DNA of 64,000 nt from Balanoglossus misakiensis (taxonomy: Eukaryota > Animalia > Hemichordata): the NCBI GenBank assembly GCA_040954595.2, contig CM082585.2, forward strand, positions 10,953,995 through 11,017,994. Reading direction: 5' to 3'. The translations under genes were made by a program, and so were the position numbers. The notes under the pieces are model-generated. The model did no database searches. It was not told the origin of the DNA and saw nothing but the letters and a program-made list of their open reading frames with translations. Each line of letters begins with the position of its first letter. Positions within the stretch are counted from its first letter, which is position 1. Positions 13,142 to 26,200 of this stretch are shown here, one piece after another.

Positions 13142-16002
13142 GTAGTAGAAGCAGCATCACTATCAAAATCAACAACTATATATTCAGCAATAATACGAAG
13201 TATATCTTCATTACAAAAGTCAAGTTTACCTTAATATTATTCTAAATGTTATAAAATAATTTTGCCCATGCTTACCATAACTGTACGTAACTATGTATAA
13301 ACCAACATGAGTACATCCAAGTAAAAACTGTGAGCATATGTAAATCTCCAAGGTGGGAGAAAATGCTGAAGATACGGTGAAGAGAATATTAAATAGTACC
13401 GCTATGAAAATAGACAATCTTCTACCATATCTGAAGAAAAAGTTCAAGAACACAAAAATTACATTATCCACTGTACAATGTTTGTACTGAACAAGCCATG
13501 ATAATAAAACTTTTTTTTTTGTAAATATAAACTTAAAATACAGTGATGTACATAATTGATCAGACACAATCATACTATCATAGTACAGTGCAGGCAAATA
13601 ACTCACCTATCTGCGAGTGGCGATAATAAAATGGTGCCCGCCAGTATACCCACGTAGACAGCAGATCTTGCGACCTCTCGCAACCAAGTTCTGTCACAAA
13701 CCAAATCCCACTAAAAATAATTCATTGAAGAAATTGTTAATTCCCCCTGCTTTTTCAGTTACCGACTTTCACCACTCCATTATCCGGCCACGCTTTTGAC
13801 CCGTATGTAAGGAAAACATTCTAACCTTAACCATGATCAGGAACAGACCTCAAGTACGAGGGCGCTGCACTAGCCGATCGCACTCCACCTTGTAATGTAC
13901 AATTTGTATCAGGAATTTCTCGCTATGGTAACATATAATTGAGTTTCACGTGGGTTTCATATTAGTTTGGATGTGGATAACTGAACGAAAATGGATTAAT
14001 AATATGCAGTGCAATGAGTCCATGCATAATCATAGACCCTTGAGCTCCAGGGTTTATGGCATAATACACGAATTCACGTATTAGTTTACGTTCTAATTGC
14101 ACAACATTTTACACACGAGAGTACCAGAATAGCATCGAACCACATTGCGAGCGGTAACAAACAGGTGATGTGCCTGATGTTAAAATCGTTTCAAAATAGG
14201 TACACCACGGGAATTTATGATCAGAAATCACCAGAATGCCACGTAGTCGGGTCTTTCAAAGCCGTCAAAACCTGGCGTTGTTTTGTTTATTAGGCCTACA
14301 AAGTTTGCCAGCTGCATACAATGGTTGCTAATGTTTCTAACGTTGGTTGGGCTAAGACCAACTGAAATTGTACATGGTCATTTTATGTACACATAATAGT
14401 TTTAGCCTTCGTTAACCATCAGGCTATTCTGAGGCACCTGTATTTACTGACATGCGCACTTCATCTTTCTCGCGACGTCTACAGTGACCTTCCCTTATTT
14501 TGCACACAGGCAATAAAATCAATACAACATTATATAGGTCGTCGCCAACGGTAAAGCTAAGCGAGGATAGGGAACGAGTCGCGGTGACCTACGGACTTGA
14601 GCTTGTCGTCTTGGCTTTCCCACACTCCATATACTAATAAAATGTATGACAGACTGAAAACCTGACTGCAATTAATCCATGACATCCAGTAGGAAACTGA
14701 AGTAATGTGAAATGTGTATAAGCTGTAACATATTTTTAATGGAAGCTGTTTTATCTGACGATCATGCTGACAAATTGATTGTTCCCTGAGACGTGAGATC
14801 TTGTTTGAATATTCGCTCGATCGAATTAAAGTTTCATGCAAATGTATGCTAACTATATAGATTTTTTCAGCTGTACATGTTCTATTGTAATTCGCGTGTA
14901 AACTACCCGCAGATGTTGTGCTGTATTCCGTCGTTAAAATGCTTAAATATAGTTTTACAACGCAGCACATATTCCTCATATATTTACTTTGACGATGATA
15001 CTCAGAAAAGAACACGCGTTGTTTAAATCGTCGTTAAACAATGGTTGAAACGTCAACTGGGAATGGAGAACCGAAACCATGATAAATCTCGGGTTTGTGT
15101 ATGACGTCATTCGAGAATCATTGATTTAATCATGTGACGCTTAGATAATAGACTTTCGTCGAAAATAATAGGGAGGTCAATTCTGCTAGAAATACTGACT
15201 GACGTCACGGATCAATGTCACCTCAGGCAGTCTCATTACAGGAGTAGTTGCATCCTTGATGTTCAACGCCCCCAATTATATGGTAAAGACGACTAAATGA
15301 ATCAACATTCTTTTTTTATTCGGCTGAATGAAACAGAAACGCGCTAAGCAATTGTGTGCGTGACAAAATCCGCTGTAAAATGGCGCAAGACGAGAACACT
15401 CCCCGTTGCCATGAGAACACTCCTCGTTGTCAGGGTATATGCCAGGAAAACCCTACCGCGCAGAATCAGAGCGTGGCCTTGAAATGTCACTCGAAAGCAT
15501 CTCCATCACCGTCGAAAGCTAACAATAGATTTCTACAGCTGCCAGTTCCTAAACAGAAAATACACAAATAAAAAAAAACACGAGAAAATATCAAACGAAC
15601 CTCGGTAACAATGCTGGAGCGATGATTTTCAATATCGTAACTCCACCCAACATCACAGTCCACTGTGGAAATCGGCCATCTCACATCACACGAAGTAAAA
15701 TTTCCGTCGATTTCTCCATAGGCAGTTTCGCTTGCATTGTATTCATACCGCCTGCACATGCTTGGCTGGCATTGTCCGTCTATCATTTCGTACGGAAATA
15801 GCGACGCTGCAGTGAGATTTTCGGTGGTAAGCAACTCGCCTGGTATTTTGCAGACGTGTGGCACGTCAGCTCCCACGAAGGCTGGGCCCAGGACCATGAA
15901 ACAGGCAGGAATCACGCACAAGCAGAGTAAAGAGTACATCAGTTTTTGGTACGGCCCGAAATCTCCCAAATGGCTTAAAACCTCGTCGAATTCGACAGTC
16001 AT
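8691..16002 (-). CDS. SLC22-family organic ion transporter, paralog B, complete (about 593 aa, 10 coding exons)
   Basis: Exons 15601-16002, 13607-13710, 13276-13430, 12763-12931, 11698-11806 (donor least certain), 9909-10054, 9556-9770, 9314-9422, 8985-9197 and 8691-8850. All are GT-AG and phase-compatible. Motifs: FGPYQ, WDLVCDR, ADRYGRR, PESPRWL, DRLGR, SELLPTVIR, LPETKGKPLPSTI. TM11 reads FGRVG (Arg, as in OAT/OCTN-type carriers, rather than the Asp of vertebrate OCTs). Confidence 0.93.
13044..13141. repeat. Compound (CAT)n/(CGT)n microsatellite in SLC22-B intron 3
   Basis: Direct reading. It produces the poly-M/T and poly-I/V artefact ORFs. Confidence 0.95.
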
Positions 16003-16971
16003 TTTCCCTGAGGTTTAGTGAGAACTCCCTGAGCTGAGTTACAATTTTGAGTCAATACAACCGGTAACGTCCTAGTGCCAAAAGGGAACGTCACCAGTGA
16101 GCCTTCATTCAAACAATCGCATCAATCGATTGTTAGCGGCTTTGTCCCAGCTACCTCGGATCAGCTGGCCCCGACATAAACATTGATACAGCGCATGCGT
16201 GTTTATATTACTTAGTCATGACACTTCATTGGTTTTTCAGGCAAACGTCACAAAAACCAAAGAGATCGCGAACCTATTCGGAACTCCATGCAAATACCAA
16301 CACCAAATAAGGTGCAAGTCAGGGTAGGGGTGGGAGTTTGAGTGTTTGCATATTCCTACCATAGAATCTCATTTTTTTCTCGATTGTATTTAAATTCATA
16401 AATTCCCATGTCAGAGCAAATTAACTTGCATTTTACTGAATTCGAACTACGATCTACCGCATCACTTGTGTAATAATATGCATATGTTGTACAAACAACT
16501 CTCAGACAGAATCTCGTTTGGCCAACTAAAAATTCACTTTCACTTTGGTAGCTGCTGCAGCTCAGGTTTTGCCTTCCAAAACCTCGAGATACAATACTAC
16601 TGCAGCTGTTTTCGTCAATGCTTCTGGGCGTACGGTGTGATGTCGTGAATCGTTGGTGGAGTGGATTGCCCTGACCCCATTTAGACAGTTTTATAGATCA
16701 GTGACCACTCAGTTGATTTAGGTCAATGTCTGACAACATTCAACACTCCATTTAAACCATGTCTTAAAAGAATTGACCAACTCTACCACAGCCCTTGCAT
16801 AATAACATGTATACATTGCACGCGCTTCGACTTTGCGTAATGAAATATTGATGTATTTGCATCGTGACCTTTAATTTGGCCAAGTTTAAAGTGAGTGGTT
16901 TTCTTCGCGCGTAGTATCCGCAACGAAGTGAATAATTATCCATCTTCAAATGAAACCAGGCGACGATTTTG

Positions 16972-17155
16972 TCATATTTTGACAAAAAATCCCACGTAGT
17001 AGAGATACATGGAGATTACAATCCACCAGGCAACGCCGCAGAGGTGAACCGTTAGTCTTGCTGCGTGCGTTGCTGGGGTGTCCCACGTGAAAGGGAAGCA
17101 GTCTCCCAGAAGGATGTGGCCCACGTAAACGAGGATGGAATTCATACCTTTAAAA

Positions 17156-17227
<72 letters not shown>

Positions 17228-20200
17228 CTGAGTCCCCTATCAGACTACGAGTACGAAATAAATGTGAGTCAACTTTTTGTGATCATCTTTTCGTCAATGC
17301 AAAATGCAAAAGAGTGTCAGTTGGTAACAATATCGTGATAGTAGTAGGTTACCTGGGTAACGGAACGGAGCTCCCGACCATATGTTCTTGACATCAACCA
17401 TGATGTAACAAAATGTGAAGAGGAGAAAGGCCATCGATGACAGCGCCAAGACAAACGAGACAGACCTGAAAAAACATAACAAAATGGCTTACCGTTTTTA
17501 AAACAAGTTTCTAGTTACGTTACACTTGAAATTTGAGTGCGTGACACGATATGAGAGAAGGCCTGCTAAGTTATCTGAGACAAGTTGTAAAGTTTATATC
17601 AATAAGGTGACATCACATGACCTCAACCAGATATCTTCAAAATTATTATTAGTTCAAGGGAAAATGAAATTGTTGTGTGTACATTGTATTCAAATGTTGC
17701 TCGAGTTATGGCCTCTCAAAGCAATTGTTTGATCACCTGGTTCGACTTTTGAAAACATACCATAAATTTTTATTGATGGGAATCCAACCATCATTCTTCG
17801 AACATTTGCATAATAACGCTGCAAGGCCACCCTGTACAAATTTAATAGTCGAATATTTAGTATTCATTATAAACATGTCTGTCTGCCTGTCTGTCTGTCT
17901 CTCTCTCTCTCCATCCAACAGCTATAACAGAAGGGTATCCCAAAACCTGAGCCCTTTTAATATTGGATTTTATTGAGCCATCTCATTCCATTCCATACAG
18001 TTCGTTGCTACTTCACGTAGCTATTCGTCGCTCGTGAACGCAGAAACCGAGAAATGCAATCTTTGAGGAGATATTGTAAATGTATCACGAGACTCTAATT
18101 TGCCTGTGTGTTTCAGAAGAAAACAAGAACAGGGGTAATTCGATACAGACTACTAAGTAGTAAACGTGTAGCTACCGTCAGTACGGCCCAGATACACCAT
18201 CTCTTGACTTTGCCAAAGGTCGTCTCAAATGTGAACAGTATCTTGCCTGCCTACAAAAGAAAAAAAAAACGGACCAGCATTAATCATTATACACGTCAGT
18301 TATACATCTCTGTAGTGTTTGTATTGCCTCGTGTGTGGAATTCATGACATTGGTAATATTCTCAAGGTCATGTCACGGACTGTATGATTGGCAGGCTACT
18401 TGAAGTCTGGTCAGCCGTCACTGACAGAGCAAGTCAGCCTGCAGCTGTGGTAATCTCAACTCGACTTTCTATTTTTAGTAATGTAAAGGCTAGGTGACAC
18501 CGTCCGACGTCCGAGTCGCCATTTCCAATAATCTTATTTTACAGAAAGCCATTCTATTATTAAAATATTAATTTCCGGTTGTTCCGCGATCGAGGAGGAG
18601 ACGAGGTCATTTGCAGGACAGAGCCTAGATTTGACTTCTGAGACCTCGGGGGTGAAACTAGTACACCAGTCAAGGGACCTAGTTTCCAAATTACCTCTGT
18701 CAATGCGCTTGCGCTCTAGATTTAACTTAGCATGTATTGAAAACGTGTGTTTACATGTCTTGCGGATATCAGACAGCAAAATCAGCTCTATTTAATCAGT
18801 GACCTCTATATTGTTTCGACAATCTGACCTCGCTAATGGCCATAAAAACATAATGACTTTCAGACAATGAAAATTTCGCGAAAACAAGCAACCATTTATG
18901 ATTTATTGTAGTTCCTATTGTAAGCTGCCAACGGCAACCCAATGCTAATAGATATATCAGCACGTAGTTGAACTTTGTATATACCGAAGTCAGGGCACCC
19001 AATGACCTGGGCATTATGATAAAAATGATAAAAATGTGGCATTATTTTTCAACCAGTGGCCTGTGTGTAGGTTTTTTGAGGAAATTATCTTTGGACGACA
19101 AATATTAAAGTGTCTAGTAGCAAAACTCCAGTTTGGGTAAAGAAAAATAGTGAAAAATCATATCATAGAGAGTGAGTCTTTAATGCGACTGTGTTTTATT
19201 TACCTGTAAACCGAGAAAACACATGAAAATTGAAGTGCAACACCCAAGAAGTCCCTCCGGGTCATAGTTCATTGTCGTCTTGTACACCGCCTGGACCAAA
19301 TAGATAATAATTGTCAGCACATATTCCGTTATCATTGTATTATGTCTTACATCCTTGGAGAATTGAAATTTCGTGAACTCAAGTTTCCAAAGCGAGTAAA
19401 TTTGTCGGCAACAAGATGCATTCGAATCAATGACTAACTAATGCTTACCTGACAAGTTGGCGTTTTGTAGATATGCTGGGAGCCAAAAATGGCCCTGTCT
19501 ATGACCCCCGCTGCGCCGCCAGTGCAATTTTCTAGGCTTTGTCCATTGTGGAATAGCAGGGGACCACCCGGACTCAAGTATCCACTAAAACAAAACAAAC
19601 ATTCATTTCAACTACTTGCTAATTTTCAAAAAGTAATTCGCAGGATGTGTACATTACTTTTCACTGGCCTCGCGATTTTATTCAACGCCCCATTCTCTGG
19701 CAACTTGCAGAGTTGTCCAAACTAGGTTGTGTCATACGATAATATTAACGTGGGTTTCTTTCCACGTAAGCTAACAAGTTTTCTCAAATGTGTGTGACCA
19801 CCTCCAAAATAACTGACTTTCAAACTGATGATTGATTTATGCTTTGTAGGATAGCAAAAAAAACACGAAAGCGACCTCTAGAAAATTATAGTGGATTTCA
19901 TTCGTTTTCTGACTCACCGTGACACGGGGCAATTTTCAACTGGGAGTACATAGGTCAGGATGACTTGTACAGCTACGAGGCATAACACAATGCACCACTC
20001 AATCCAATAATTGACGACGTCACGAATTGGCGAGAACCATTTATCCTAAAGAACAAAACGTTCTTTTAAAATAGTTTTGCGGACTCGCGCAATCGCGTAA
20101 AATACTATCAAAGGCATCAAAACTTATTAAAGGGACTGTGCGTGTATCACGTAAATTTTGAACAAAAACATGTGAAATGCCGGCCAGTACCCGGATATTT

Positions 20201-23200
20201 AAGTCTTTATGACAGTTTTGGCACGTTATTCCTTCATTTGGCCTGATTTAAAACTTTTAATTTTGCAATTTTTAATGCTGCTCACTACTTGAGATAAAGG
20301 GTGACGAGTCCCACCTCGTTGTGACTTGTCGGCTTTGAGAAGAAGAATTCCAATATGGCGACGACCAAATATGTTATGCCGAATCGCTGGAGTACTCCGG
20401 GAATTCGAAATTCTGGCATGTAGTGATCTCCTGAGGAAAGAGTTCAGGGGAAACGGAGAATAAAAGTGTGTGGCATCTAATCTGATCGGAAAACTTAGCA
20501 AGGAATAAAACACCTATGGCACAGAAATACGCCATCTTGAAATCCTGTCAACCACGAGATTTATATCACTCTCATTCAACTTTTTCCATATCACTTATCT
20601 TATGAACTTCCATCAACGACAGTGTCGCGTACCTTGACCGTTGATAAGGAGTCCCAGAGCAAAGAGTATCAACGTTCTTCGGAGTATTTTGTAGAGGAAA
20701 TGAAGTTTTGAGACTTGATTTCTTTGCAAAGCCTTGAATGATAAAACCATAGACAAGCCCATAATCCACACGAACCTGAAAATTATCAAGTGACAGTGAG
20801 ATCTTTTTTATCAAGTGTCCGTTGCATGCAAGACAGTTATGAATTATTATCAAGGTATAGTTATAAAATATTGGCACCTAATTTCTCGGGAGAACACATA
20901 AATAACGAATTTAGTCCCATAAAAGTCCTAAAGGATGGAATAAAATAAAAATGACTCACACTTTTAACTCACCAAGGAAACACCAAATCAGCGACTGTCA
21001 AACCTGTAAGATTGTCATGAAAATAGTGAATAATCGCTCACATGATGTATTTTGCTTTTTTTATACTGAATGGTTAGAAGATGAAACCAAGAGTAATATT
21101 TAATAGGCGCGAAAAATCAGCCTGATACTATATAAATTTACAGTTTATTGGATGATGTCTATTTTTCGAATAACATTAATCACACTTACCGTTCCAGACA
21201 GAATGATCGAAAAACCAGTATTCCCCTCCACCGTAGTTTACAAATATCATAACGGTTAGAGATAATCTAACAGAGTTATAGAAATGTTACACAGATAATA
21301 GTTTGAATCTTTATTCTTCTCATCTTTTTAAAAAATAAATCTGATTTATTTCCGACAGGATAGGTTTCTTGAAGAGTAAGCTGATAGAGGATTTTATGAG
21401 GACTGTTTTGAAGTCGATAAAGATACAATATGACAGTATTCCTACTATATCGTAATCGTTTGTTGTAAAAATACTCAGACACTGAGGCGGAATTTATTTT
21501 TACTCACCCTCTGAATGTGTCCAGAGAGTTCAATCGTTTTTTTCTTTCTGAACCACCAGCCTGAAAAAATATGTAAAGCCTTGAAAATTGGTGAGCGTGT
21601 AGTGAAATTGTTGTTCATTCGGCGGATTTCAAGTTACCCGCCATAACTTTCTCTAATCAGTGACGTCACAATATACGTCACTACCGGTAGCTCTCTCTGC
21701 ACGTGCACAGACGATGGGTGAAGACGCCTGTTTTCATCGTCTGGGCTAAAATCGTCTTAATAGTTGCAAGAAACCTTCCTCTCCTAGATTTGAAGTCAGC
21801 GAATTATCGAGTCTATCTCCCGACCCCCCCCTGGTATGGTTTTTTGGTGACTGGTGCGTCATTTTGTCGAGTTTTTACCTCCGAAGACATGCTGCAGTGA
21901 AGGCTACAGTGCGGCGGGGAGGCCATGATGTACATCCTCATTGAAATGAAAATTTGCCGTGATAGAAGCATTTCAGCAGTGACTTGTTTAACCAGTGCCG
22001 CCAAACTTTTAAACGGACTTCAGAGATAACTCCGGACTGTTAAATAACGACTGTTTGAGGCAGCTTTATGGGTTCAGTGTTGGTCGGGTTCATACAGCGT
22101 TTTGTAAATCTGTCTTATTTTCTGTCAGCGGTACAATGTATATATTTTATGGCGCCAGTTTTAGTAACGAACTATGTCGTTCATTGTCTGCTCTTGCTCT
22201 GGACACGGTACTTCTCACCGAATTACTCGAGGCTAGACTTAAACTTAGTCTCACATGGGTAATTAGCAAGCTGTGGGCATTGGTCGATTTAGTAACAATC
22301 TTGAGCTAATCCACGGTACAGTTTAAACAGCATCCACTATCCCATGATAAACGAAAGGTCAAAGCAGAGATGACTGTGCAGTTTACAGTATAGTGTCATG
22401 GCGTCGTCATAACTATATTCCTCTCACAAAAACTTCATTCGCATCAGACCTGAATAACTAGATAATTGCAATATTTTAGACTTAAAAATAGCCTAGTTTA
22501 GAGAAACATCAGTGATCTGGCTTGTTTGGGACAGAAAATCCCCAACTTGTGTGAGAAATATGATCCCATGTCCTTGGGAGTTTGAGATACTATTACACCG
22601 ATCAGAATTGGCGGGATCTGAACTAATTAGCCAGGCAGTGCCGGTCGCTCGATTGCCACGTTTTGATACATATTATCCGAATGTCCGCACTTTTCCTTTG
22701 TTCCGTCCTGTCCCTATTCATAGCCCTGGTCAGGTCTGAATGGTGACAGACTTCAGTTTCTCGGGGACCCCATATTTTTAGGCTGCATTCACAAACACCT
22801 CTGGAGGGGGGGGGGTATTTGAAAAAATTGAGGGTATGTAAGGGGGGGATTTGAAATAATTTAGGGACTGTAAAGGGGGGGACTTGAAAACTTTGAGGAC
22901 TAAATATTTATTTTGAGTCCACAAAAATGCAGTTTTGAACCCTTCATAATACAAATTTTTCTCATGTGGGAGGGGGACACCCCCTCCCACCCCCACCCCC
23001 GTCATTCATCATCACCTTTAAATCATTGACTGGTTTATCTAGTGTCCCAGGTCAGGGGACTTGCCCCCACCCCCCCCCCCCATGCCAACTTTGAGCCCCG
23101 AAGGTTAAATTTGTCCTCCCCAACATACCGGTAGTTGAGTTAATTTGCTTTTGAGTTCATTAAAATGCAGTTTTGAACTCTGTATTTTGTAAAATTTTCT

Positions 23201-26200
23201 TACGTGGGAGGGGGACACCCCCTCCTGCACCCACCCCCTTCAATTATCAGTTTACAATGTCTCCCAACACAGAATACAAAATACTTAAAAAATAGAAACA
23301 ATGTTCAGTTTTAATACCCACTGATAAGGGGAAACATCAGTTTCAAATTCTTTTCATGAGAGCGTTGTTTTTCTTTTTTACAAGATAGATAGGTTGTGTT
23401 TTGCTGTGTGAAAGAAAATGGGGGGGGGGGGGATTTGAAAATTTTAGCAGTTCGGAAGGGGGGGATTTGAAAATATTTCGGGTTGTTGAGGGGGGCATGT
23501 GAAAATTAATGGTAAAAAAAATTGAATTCTCCTGCCCCCCCCCCCTCCAGAGGTGTTTGTGAATGCAGCCTTACTGACTTATTCACTGACATTCATCCCT
23601 GTTATAAAGTTACACTTGAAAGAAGCAACAATAAGAATGTGTGGTTTATGTTTGAAATATAAGTTCAAGCAACTCTTACAAGAATTGGGAGTAATCTCTT
23701 TGTCAACTATCTGGAAGAACTGACTATTTTACACTTACGTCAGATTGCACATTAGTATGTTCCACGGACGGATCAACATTTTCAATGTCTTGAAGGATGT
23801 TATAATTTCCAAAACTACTCTTGCTGTGGGATGATAAAAATATAATCATTAAAAATCTAAAGTCAAATGTTATATATTGATTGAAGAAAAATGGCCTGTT
23901 GCCTTAAAAGAGAGTGGGTGTGCAAAGGGGAACATGCTGGGAGGGGGAAGGGGAATTCACTTGTATAGAAGCTGGCATGTGATCTTATGTCTGATACATT
24001 GATCCATGACTTAATCTGTCAGTCTGTCTGTCTGGTAGCAATAAAAGTTTACAGATCATGTATGATAATATTTGACTTACATTTTCCTATAAGCGCAGAG
24101 AACAATCAGTGTGCCCAAGGCAAGGCCAACAAGTATTGCAAAGGCAACAGCAATGGCTACCAGGAAAAGAAGATAATATGGCAAAATTAAACATATATTT
24201 GAAATATTCTTGACCATATCTACTCTGAATGCTGAAGGTTATGTGGGGCATTACTACTACTAGTATATGACAAATTATGCTTCTCTGCAGTACACACACA
24301 TGCACGTATACATAATAGGTTGTTTAGATCAACCTCTACCATTCCAGCTTAAAGTGCATGGGGGGGGGGGGGGGGGGGGGGGGGAGGTGGGATAAATGGG
24401 CCCAGAAAAGAAATGTGTTTGACACACAAGTACTATGACTTTGGGAAATTCTGAATTTAAAATGCACTGAATAGAATAACAAATCTATCATCCATAACAT
24501 AAAAGCTGCCCATTAACATACAGCTGATGTAGTCGCTAAAAACTTGTAAAATTAAACGTAAAAACACTTACGGATAAAACTGTTGATTGGTTCTTTATCC
24601 ACTCTGATTCCACAGGTGACAATGCCATCATGTGCACCCTCTGTGGTCATGTTTGCCAACATGGTGTAGTTGCCATACTCTCCAAAATGATATCTCAAGC
24701 TTATTGAATGGAAAATTGTGATAGCAGATTTTAATAAATCAAAACTCTCCCTTCCCGGTAATGTAGTGTTATGCTGTGTTAAGGGGAGGGTCTGTCTAGT
24801 TTACTTTTTAAAGGGACAGTAGCTACAGTATTGAATTACTTGGGTTGTGCACTGGTTTATTCCATTCACTAATACACAGTGAATTCACTACTTTTCTTTT
24901 CGACATGGGCTGTCAAGATGTTCTGTCCTGTCTGAATATTGGCTTTATTAGTCAATTAAGTATGATGGCTACAGGCTACAAAAACACATATCTCATTGAT
25001 TTTAGAAGAAATCTGCAATAAGTGGTAAATTGTTGTCATTGTTGCTTTGGTAATTAACCGTCATTGTTTGCAAAGTTATTGACCTTTTGGTACCTGCAGT
25101 GACCGGTGACATTGCTGGCTGTGACATGGGCAGTGATGTTCATTGGCCACTGGGTCATCACAAGAATCTGAGACTGGTTGGTTTGGCTGAATATTCCAGC
25201 TTGTACCAGTATGCACTATGGGTAATATAGGAAAAAAGGACAGGACTGTATGTGTTAGTATATAAGGAGTTAAAGAAAGTGGTTTTGGTTAGGAGAGTAT
25301 TGGGGTCACAAGCACATAAGCTGCATCTTTTGAGATAATTATCACAGTGTTTTTGGGGGGGTCATTTTGTCATGAGTATGTGTTATCTTGATATATTATC
25401 AGACAATATCATTTAATAGACAGAATTAAAAGCATATCTGAGAAATATTTAAAGCTTAAATTTTTTTATCCAGTTGCAGCTCATGTGCCTTTAAGGGAGT
25501 TGGAGTTGGGTTAAGAGGAAGGTTGGGGGGGGGGGGGATTTAAGATAAGAGAATGTAGAGAGATGTGGGGGGTTACGGAGACAAGAGTGAGACACACATT
25601 CAAGCAGAAAATGTCGAAAGGGGATGGGAGCATACTGGCAAACCGTGGATGAACGCGGGAATTCTTTTCACTGGAAATTTCTTAAATTGCACTGTTATGA
25701 CACTATTCTTTTGCGTTGTGTAGCCACTGGCAAGACGGTTATAGCGCCATCTAACGGCAAACGCTCCTTTCGTTTTGACTCTTACCTGATAACACTCTTC
25801 TGTCTGCCATTTGACTTCTATTGTGTAGTTGGTTCTGTTGGATACAGCTGTGAAGTATGCTGTGTCAATTGTCAACGATGGTGGGTCGGTGATTTGGATG
25901 TCTTCCATTAATACTGGTAGAAAAATAGAAAAATGGCACTGGTTAGCCTCTTTAATGTTGCTACCGATAACCCACCTAAAATCATAATTGCAAATGAAAC
26001 TTATGTTGAATGAAGGAAATGGTTGGGGATTGATTTTATGGCCTCAAAAACAAGCAAAATGTGGCAGAGTCTCACTTCGGCCTCATTAATATGGAACGCA
26101 GTGTTGTGTACAATTCCAAAATCAATGTCTGATAATTTTTAGCAATTTTATTTATTAAGATGTATTTCAACGTCTGAAGTATGGGGTGCCATGTGTTAAC

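Noticed and set aside
24808-25494. A single TTAA-flanked element capturing HGSNAT exon 3
   Set aside because: The right terminus pairs better with an internal IR at about 25311, so two separate degenerate MITEs are more parsimonious.
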